Below are positions 57,536-64,000 of a stretch of DNA of 64,000 nucleotides, one piece after another (within the stretch, counting starts at the first letter, position 1; each line of letters begins with the position of its first letter). The stretch spans positions 713-64,712 of the forward strand of contig CAZPBM010000023.1 in the NCBI GenBank assembly GCA_964584965.1, given 5' to 3'. The stretch comes from an uncultured Candidatus Bathyarchaeia archaeon (lineage in GTDB: Archaea > Thermoproteota > Bathyarchaeia > Bathyarchaeales > DTEX01). The position numbers and the translations under genes were made by a program. Below the pieces are notes generated by a model. The model was not told where the DNA came from. It did not search any database and saw only the letters and a list, made by a program, of their open reading frames with translations.

Positions 57536-57609
57536 CCCAATCCCCATTTTTATAAGTTCACATCGGTTTTTCCATAAAGAATTCAAGTCTCGGAGCATGT
57601 TAGCTTCCT

Positions 57610-60600
57610 ATGAAAAGAAAATCGTGTGAAATTAGTACATTGCGTAGGTCTCTGAAAGCGCTGATTCTGGGATTACTATTTTTAACTATTAGTATTAACA
57701 TATCTCCGATTTTTTGCACAGCCAACGAAGACTCAATTTATCAGTCAAATAATCTAAGCCGAAACATTAGCGACTCGAATTTAGACTTTTTTCTTAATAA
57801 AGACTTATACAATAATGTTCTTGAAAGAATAACGGTTTTTGCAAACTGTGGCTCCAGAGTTACTGGGTACGCTGGAAATTACATAGCAGCCCAGTATATA
57901 ATCGATGAATTTTCTAAACTAGGACTTAATGTAACAATTCAGAAATTTAATGTAACAGTGCCCATAGACTTCGGTTCAAATGTAACAGTTATTTCTCCAA
58001 TAGAAAGGGTTCTTAAAGGATACGCTGTCTGGCCGAACGGGATACAAACTTCTCCTGTTGACAGCTTAGAAGGCACATTAATATATGTAAAAGGCACCTC
58101 TCCGGAGGATTTTGACCAAAAAACGGTAAAAGACTCCATTGTACTGATGGAATTCAACTCAGATTCAAATTGGCTTTATGGCGCAGACTTAGGAGCCAAG
58201 GCCTTTATATTCATTGAGCCGTCTGACTCTTCAATTAGCGAAAGCATGAAAAAATTTGTTGAAGCCCCAATTTTTTTCCCCAGACTTTTGGTGAAATCAG
58301 AAGATGGAGAGATGCTGAAAAGATTAGTCCTCGATGACCAGTCTGAAGTCAGAGTGAAAATCAGTCTCAGAATGGAATGGAGAACAGTTGAAACCCAGAA
58401 TATTATTGCAATGATTAATGGTACGGGGAATCCTGAAGACGTCATAGTTCTTGCGTCGCATTATGATTCATGGTCTGTGGTTCCAGCCATCTCATGTAAC
58501 GCTCATGACGCAACTGGTGTATCGTGGCTTATTGAGTTAGCTAGATATTTTTCGATTAACCGTCCAGTTCGATCTGTCATGTTTGTAGCTCTCTCTGCAC
58601 ATTGGCAAGCTTTAGCTGGTGAAAGGGAGTTTATCGACGATTTCTACTTCAGTAACCAAGTTCAAACAGGGGCAATTAAACCTTGGATTTTTGTAGGCTT
58701 AGGGCCATTCTCAAGCGATTCCTCGAAAATACAATTACTTTACACAAGCTTTTATGCTGGAGTTGGCTCAACTTCGACTAATGTTCCAAACAGGTTTTCT
58801 TGGCTGTTAAGACGTATTACTCAAACTTACCTCTTTGATCCTGCTTTAAGGTCTGTTTCTCAGAACCTTATTAGTGTTGATTTTGATCCTTCGCTTCTCG
58901 TTGAGGAGCGGTTGTCTACGACTTCAATGTGGTGGGGAACCATCCAGCAGCCAATAATGCTCGAAAGCGAAATACCTCTCTCAACAGGCGCCATAGCATT
59001 CAATATTCTAAGTTCACCTGTAGTTACATATCATAAATTCATAGGTACAACCGTAAATGACCTTAATTTAATAAACATGGAGAACCTAAAGCCACAGTTC
59101 CTCTTATCGGGTTTCATTATTTCATCTATACTCAATGATAATGAATGGTCCATCGTTTGGAACGATGTGAAACCCTCAAGAAGCAGATATGAGGGAAGCA
59201 GCTTAATACCATCTCAAAATGCAGGATACATCACATTGGAAGGTAAGATACTGTCCTTTAACAATAGCAAGGGTTGGTACGAAGCCTTTCCCAACGCACT
59301 TGTCCAAGTGCAAGGAACGTCCATCAATAATCCGCTGGCAAAAATAATCACGTTCGCAGACACTGATGGAAATTTCATAGTTAAAGGAATAACGCCATAC
59401 ACTCTGACTTATCAGAAAAGCGCGTGGAAAATTACAGCTTGGGGAATAGATCAAAAAAGTGGCAACATATTGTATGCGCCAGACCTCGGCATCCAAGGTA
59501 GCGGCGTCTTTTCGAATATTGTATATCCACTGTCAAGTCCTACAAAAGTTTCCGTAGTTGTGGCAGAACTCAGAGCAATAACAGTTTTTGACTTGCTGGA
59601 TCCTAGATACTTTAGACAACTAGTTATTTTGGATCCAAGGTTTAATACAATTGTAGCCGGGGAGATGTTTGTCTCAACAAACGGATTTCTTATTCCCCTA
59701 GAATTTGAATCCAAAAGCAATTTCCTCACATATGGATCTTATTATGATCTTTGGGAAACAGTAGGCGTAGTTTTTGTTCCCCCATTCTCGAAAAGCACGT
59801 TTCTTTTTAAGATAGGTGGATCAGGAAGTTCATCTCTAAGTTGGTCTATTTTCATTTCTAATTCAACAGACAATGCACCTGAGGGCCAAGGAATATCTGT
59901 ATCCAACAGTTCTATCGTGATTCCATTCTCAATCTATTGTATGGCATCTGACATCTATAGAGCCACGCAATCAAGGTATGAGCAAATAATGGCTTACAAT
60001 GTTCGAAGCCTAAGCGTAGAGCATGCGCTTAGTGAAGCTCAAAAAAATTTAGCCTTGGTTGAAGAATTATACACAAATAAAAGCTTCAGCGAAGCCTATG
60101 GTCGTGCAGCTTTAGCTTATGCCTATGTTGCCAGAGCCTACAATGAAGTTATGGCCATTATAAACGAGTCAGGCACAAGCATAACTACGCTCTTCATATT
60201 AGCTATAATTGTTTCTTTTGCGTTGGAACGTGTTGTGGTTCAAGCTGAAAAAGGCCTTGTTCGAATATGCTACATGGCGGGATTTGCAGTTTTATCAATC
60301 ATTGCAATGAGCCTCATCCACCCAGCCTACACCGTTATGAGTAATGCAGTCATTGCGAATATCGGGTCAATATTGTTGATAATGTTTGTTATTAGTTTAG
60401 TAATACTGTTCATAGAAGCAGAAAAAATGTCTAAAGCTCTTTCTGTAAAGTTCCTCGGTAAACACAGCATCGAAAAGGCTCGATTAGGAGTAGTTGCATT
60501 AGCCTCTTCAGTATCAACAAACTTTATGAGACGATATAAATTAAGGTCATCCCTCACATTCTTGACAGTTTTTATCGTAAGTGCCTCAATAACGTCTGTA

Positions 60601-62190
60601 GTTTGTATGGCGCCGTACGTTGGAGTAAAAATTTCTTCAAAACCAGTTGGTGCTGCACAGTTAATGTACAAATCCCAAATATTCATGCAAACGAGCCACG
60701 GATTGCCTCCTGATATTTCGTCATCTGAGACAATTACGATTTTGAGACAAATTTTGAAGGATAGCTACAAAGTATTGCCTAGGGTTGTGTATTTTCCCCA
60801 AACTTATTATGGAAACGGAGTTTATCAGGAAGTATCCTCTGAGAACAAATCAATATATGTGAGGTGTATTCTTGGGGTATCATCAAATGAAGGGGTGTTA
60901 CAGGAGGTTCTCACGTCTGGATGGTTCTTCACAGAATTCGCTAAGTGGTCATGCATATTATCCACACAGCAAGCTAGAGCATTAAATGCCACTATAGGCG
61001 ACGTTGTTCGAACAGGCGGTTACGAACTGACTATAGTAGGAATTTATGATGAACTTCTGCTTAGCCAATTTAGTGAGCCAAACGGTCTTGCCTTCGGTAT
61101 TCCAGATCCATCTTACAACTCTCAACTTGCAAAAGACATGGTTAGACCTATAGATCCAGGTGTTCCAATTCCGAATTTGCCATGGGATCTCGTCTTAATA
61201 GTTCCAGAAGAATTTGCAATAAGTCTAGGAGGTGCTGTTCACTCAATAGTTATTCTGCCGTTATCACCAGAAACAAGTGAGAGTGTGATTCAGGCTACCT
61301 CATCTGAAATGGCTTTTGTTTTAGACCAGAACATCGCAGTCGCCTTTGGCGATTCTGTTTCGTCCGTTTCTAGATTACTTTTGTACATTGTTTTCGGTCT
61401 TGAATCTCTAGTGGTTCTTGTGGTTATTGCTACATTAAACATTATGGTCACCATTTTGTCGACAATTCGCGAAAGAACAAAGGAAATTCATGTGTTCGCT
61501 GTGACTGGGCTAACGCCTCTTGGTTCCATGTCTATCTTCATTCTTGAATCTGTAATCTATGCTATTATTGGGAGTTTCTTAGGATATTTTGCAGGATTTG
61601 GACTTAATGCTGTGTTCAGAGGAGCTGGATTGCTGCCAAAGGAGATACCTTTTAATCACATTTCTTCAACGACAATGCTCACGATCGTCGTTATTGTTTC
61701 AGCTAGTTTTATAATGTCATTGTGGCCATCTTTTTCAGCAAGCAAGTCCGTCACGCCATCCCTCTTAAGGAAATGGGAGTTCACCACCAAACCTCATCAC
61801 GATGAGTGGCAAATACCCATACCATCCAGAGCTTCTTCCAAAAACGAAGCAGTCGGCATTCTTAGGTTTCTAAAGGAATATTTTGACGGAGCAGGTGCAG
61901 AAGGACACATGTTTATAATAAATAAAACAAATGAGGTATCTGTTGAGGATGCAACATTAACCCTTACAATTAGGCAAGCTCCTTACGAACTCTTTATCAT
62001 GTCAGATGTAAAGATTCAATTCGTACAAGACACTGAAGGTTACTCGACACTTGTCTATTTGAAGAAAACATCTGGTGATAGAAAAGCGTGGATTGTTTCC
62101 AGCTACTATTTTGTTGATTCCTTGAGAAAACAACTATTGTTGTGGCGAAGCCTTGCCGTTGAGGATCGAAGGAGGTTCATAGATGGCTAA
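57610..62190 (+). CDS. Giant fusion: signal/anchor, M28-PA peptidase-like ectodomain, beta-sandwich domains, TM bundle, MacB/FtsX-type permease module, cytoplasmic tail
   Basis: M28 blocks are RVTGYAGNYIAAQYIIDEF, NIIAMINGTGNPEDVIVLASHYDSW and AHDATGVSWLIELARYF. A CarboxypepD_reg-like stretch reads FADTDGNFIVKGI. MacB-type TM1 is MRRYKLRSSLTFLTVFIVSASITSVV. The FtsX signature is ILSTIRERTKEIHVFAVTGLTP...ESVIYAIIGSFLGYFAGFGL. Confidence 0.7.
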   Translation: MKRKSCEISTLRRSLKALILGLLFLTISINISPIFCTANEDSIYQSNNLSRNISDSNLDFFLNKDLYNNVLERITVFANCGSRVTGYAGNYIAAQYIIDEFSKLGLNVTIQKFNVTVPIDFGSNVTVISPIERVLKGYAVWPNGIQTSPVDSLEGTLIYVKGTSPEDFDQKTVKDSIVLMEFNSDSNWLYGADLGAKAFIFIEPSDSSISESMKKFVEAPIFFPRLLVKSEDGEMLKRLVLDDQSEVRVKISLRMEWRTVETQNIIAMINGTGNPEDVIVLASHYDSWSVVPAISCNAHDATGVSWLIELARYFSINRPVRSVMFVALSAHWQALAGEREFIDDFYFSNQVQTGAIKPWIFVGLGPFSSDSSKIQLLYTSFYAGVGSTSTNVPNRFSWLLRRITQTYLFDPALRSVSQNLISVDFDPSLLVEERLSTTSMWWGTIQQPIMLESEIPLSTGAIAFNILSSPVVTYHKFIGTTVNDLNLINMENLKPQFLLSGFIISSILNDNEWSIVWNDVKPSRSRYEGSSLIPSQNAGYITLEGKILSFNNSKGWYEAFPNALVQVQGTSINNPLAKIITFADTDGNFIVKGITPYTLTYQKSAWKITAWGIDQKSGNILYAPDLGIQGSGVFSNIVYPLSSPTKVSVVVAELRAITVFDLLDPRYFRQLVILDPRFNTIVAGEMFVSTNGFLIPLEFESKSNFLTYGSYYDLWETVGVVFVPPFSKSTFLFKIGGSGSSSLSWSIFISNSTDNAPEGQGISVSNSSIVIPFSIYCMASDIYRATQSRYEQIMAYNVRSLSVEHALSEAQKNLALVEELYTNKSFSEAYGRAALAYAYVARAYNEVMAIINESGTSITTLFILAIIVSFALERVVVQAEKGLVRICYMAGFAVLSIIAMSLIHPAYTVMSNAVIANIGSILLIMFVISLVILFIEAEKMSKALSVKFLGKHSIEKARLGVVALASSVSTNFMRRYKLRSSLTFLTVFIVSASITSVVCMAPYVGVKISSKPVGAAQLMYKSQIFMQTSHGLPPDISSSETITILRQILKDSYKVLPRVVYFPQTYYGNGVYQEVSSENKSIYVRCILGVSSNEGVLQEVLTSGWFFTEFAKWSCILSTQQARALNATIGDVVRTGGYELTIVGIYDELLLSQFSEPNGLAFGIPDPSYNSQLAKDMVRPIDPGVPIPNLPWDLVLIVPEEFAISLGGAVHSIVILPLSPETSESVIQATSSEMAFVLDQNIAVAFGDSVSSVSRLLLYIVFGLESLVVLVVIATLNIMVTILSTIRERTKEIHVFAVTGLTPLGSMSIFILESVIYAIIGSFLGYFAGFGLNAVFRGAGLLPKEIPFNHISSTTMLTIVVIVSASFIMSLWPSFSASKSVTPSLLRKWEFTTKPHHDEWQIPIPSRASSKNEAVGILRFLKEYFDGAGAEGHMFIINKTNEVSVEDATLTLTIRQAPYELFIMSDVKIQFVQDTEGYSTLVYLKKTSGDRKAWIVSSYYFVDSLRKQLLLWRSLAVEDRRRFIDG

Positions 62191-64000
62191 TAACAACCAA
62201 GAAGACATTTCATCATATAAGTCTGGGTTAACATGGAGGAGTTTCCTAGCTTTAGTTACAGCTATATTAATTTTCATGCCCGCGTCCATTTATTTAAATC
62301 TGACAACAGGCGCCGGCACTATAGGAGTAGCAGCATCCTTCGTTATCGCCATTATTTTCAGCGAAATAACAAGGTATTTTGGTCATCCTCTCACTAAACA
62401 GGAATTATTCATAATGTTTTCCATAATTTCTTCAGTGTCAGGGCTTATTGGACCTGCGTATGGTCTTATTTTCAGAGTTTACTATACTACGCATCCCGTG
62501 TTTTCGCATGTAACTCTTTATGGTAAACCCCTAACTAGTTTGATACCCTCATGGTTTGTACCGAAAGACCCAGCTGTCCTTCAAACGCGGAGCTTTCTGA
62601 GTGCTACATGGACGCAGCCAATCACTCTAGTAATTACAATGATAATCCTTTCGCTTATCCAATCGGTTTCTCTTGCGCTCTTCTGTTCTCATCTTTTTGT
62701 TGATGTTGAAAAACTAGAATTTCCATTCGCGAAAATCCAGAGCAGTTTGATTATGGTTCTTTCTGAAGAAAATGAAGAAAACATGAGAATGTTCATTTTC
62801 ACTGTGTTGATTGGACTTGTATTTGGGTTGGTTATTTATGCGCCTCAACTTATTGGTGCGCCTCTAGTTCCTCTCCCATTTATAGATCTTACTTCGTTTA
62901 CCCAAGACATTGTTCCAGGTGCAATTTTTGGAATATCAACCGACATTTTAACATACGCGATGGGAATGGTTATACCTCTGAACTTATCTGTGTGTTTACT
63001 TGTTTCATCCATCATTGTATTCATAGTTGCTAACAATATGTTTTTAGTAACATTTCCAAATGTGTTTCCAGAATGGGTTAGCGAGTACTTTCCAGGGATG
63101 GGCATAGCCCGCATACAATACAGGTCTACCCTGCGAATATGGCTTCCATTCCAGTTTGGAATGAGCATGGCTATGGCCCTATTTTACGTTTTTCTATTGA
63201 GGAAAGAAGTTTGGCAATCATTCAAACTTTTAGGAAAAATAAGAAGTAGAACTCCAGGTCATCTTTCGCTTCCCATAACCCTGCTGATTTTTCTTTTGTC
63301 ATCATTGGCTTCAGCTGGGATTTTCCTCTTTTATGTTCCCGAATATCCGCCAGAAATAGCTATTCTCTTATCCACAGGTTACAGTTTTCTCATGGCATTA
63401 ATCTCGTCGAGGGCTTTAGGAGTAGGCGGCATGAGCCCATCTTTCCCCTATCCTTGGCGTATGATAACCACCTTTACAAATTATACAGGTTTGGTTGGTT
63501 GGGATTTTCAGCCAGCAATTGAAACAGGCGGATCTTCAGGTATAGTCCAGTCAATTAAGATAGCTCACTTGACTGAAACGAAACCCATGGACTACATAAA
63601 AATGTTCGTGTTGGGCAACATCATAGCTCTTCTATTGAGCATAGTATTCTATGAATTCTTTTGGAGAATGACGCCTATTCCATCCACAGCTTATCCTTAC
63701 ACGATGATGTATTGGCCTCAAAATATGTTGGAGCTTCTAATGTATGCCACAAGACAAATACAGATTCCTCCCGAAAGAATAGGAATCGGTATGGGCATCT
63801 CAATAATATTATTAATACTAGAATTTGGTTTGCATAAAATTAGCGTCCCTTTCTCAGCTATAGGGTTTCTGCTTGGCGCCTTTCAGATTCCACCAGCCGC
63901 AACAGCCATATTTGTAGGTTCGTTGTTCAGCAATATCATATTATCTAGAATCATACCGCAATGGAGAGAGCACAAGTACATGGCGATGGCGGGCATTATG
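62183..64000 (+). CDS. Large polytopic membrane protein, paralog of 55487-57535, partial (runs off the right edge)
   Basis: My own translation shows 606 codons open to the window end; the ORF is absent from the track because it is open-ended. It reads MANNNQEDISSYKSGLTWRSFLALVTAILIF...FVDVEKLEFPFAKIQ.... Its ATG overlaps the upstream stop by 8 nt (ATGGCTAA). Confidence 0.6.
   Translation, partial: MANNNQEDISSYKSGLTWRSFLALVTAILIFMPASIYLNLTTGAGTIGVAASFVIAIIFSEITRYFGHPLTKQELFIMFSIISSVSGLIGPAYGLIFRVYYTTHPVFSHVTLYGKPLTSLIPSWFVPKDPAVLQTRSFLSATWTQPITLVITMIILSLIQSVSLALFCSHLFVDVEKLEFPFAKIQSSLIMVLSEENEENMRMFIFTVLIGLVFGLVIYAPQLIGAPLVPLPFIDLTSFTQDIVPGAIFGISTDILTYAMGMVIPLNLSVCLLVSSIIVFIVANNMFLVTFPNVFPEWVSEYFPGMGIARIQYRSTLRIWLPFQFGMSMAMALFYVFLLRKEVWQSFKLLGKIRSRTPGHLSLPITLLIFLLSSLASAGIFLFYVPEYPPEIAILLSTGYSFLMALISSRALGVGGMSPSFPYPWRMITTFTNYTGLVGWDFQPAIETGGSSGIVQSIKIAHLTETKPMDYIKMFVLGNIIALLLSIVFYEFFWRMTPIPSTAYPYTMMYWPQNMLELLMYATRQIQIPPERIGIGMGISIILLILEFGLHKISVPFSAIGFLLGAFQIPPAATAIFVGSLFSNIILSRIIPQWREHKYMAMAGIM

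Noticed and set aside
1-64000. I searched for CRISPR arrays, rRNA and tRNA genes, IS elements with transposases, and integrases.
   Set aside because: I saw no regularly spaced direct repeats apart from the in-frame 51-nt protein repeat. No ORF has transposase or integrase motifs, and I could not recognise conserved rRNA or tRNA segments by eye. A covariance-model scan (tRNAscan-SE, Infernal) would be needed to exclude small ncRNAs such as C/D-box sRNAs.

Overview
The window looks like an archaeal chromosomal segment. Supporting markers are aRF1 with NIKS and GGQ motifs, an archaeal-type ValRS, archaeal UMP kinase, a PDCD5-like protein, DUF460, an AOR tungstoenzyme and leaderless-looking gene starts. 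The gene content resembles peptide- and sugar-degrading sediment archaea such as Bathyarchaeia, but that placement is only a guess. I support about 50 protein-coding genes and found no rRNA, tRNA or CRISPR array by eye.

Layout:
- 1-6 kb: housekeeping genes (pyrH, valS) plus an ADP-ribosylglycohydrolase.
- 6.4-10.3 kb: a KamA-type radical-SAM aminomutase with two D-Ala-D-Ala-ligase-like ATP-grasp enzymes and a GNAT. A third ATP-grasp paralog sits at 17.9 kb.
- 10.5-11.8 kb: a long bactofilin-like beta-helix protein with a strict 17-residue VGG period.
- 12-18 kb: aRF1, formamidase, DUF460 and an HhH-GPD repair protein.
- 19-28 kb: two anchored secreted proteins and assorted metabolic enzymes (Gfo/Idh/MocA, nitrilase-superfamily, DegT, UxuA, URO-D-like).
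- 28.6-33.5 kb: a patch of decayed genes (vapBC, a small ORF, an ABC ATPase, a GH4 glycosidase).
- 33.5-36.2 kb: an AOR / FeS-subunit / MoaD-like operon.
- 36.4-39.2 kb: TldD and PmbA.
- 41.4-43.1 kb: PiT and DUF47.
- 43-55 kb: a sugar/mannoside locus (mannitol-DH-like, Zn-ADH, PfkB kinase, P. stutzeri-type rhamnose isomerase, GH38 alpha-mannosidase, NPP/AlkP-like, MFS).
- 55.5-64 kb: a three-gene membrane cluster.

The best candidate for an undescribed system is that last cluster. A 1526-aa protein fuses an M28/PA peptidase-like ectodomain to a MacB/FtsX-type permease. The peptidase-like domain has apparently lost its catalytic Glu-Glu pair. Two paralogous large polytopic membrane proteins flank it.

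All functional calls rest on motif recognition by eye. No database search was run.
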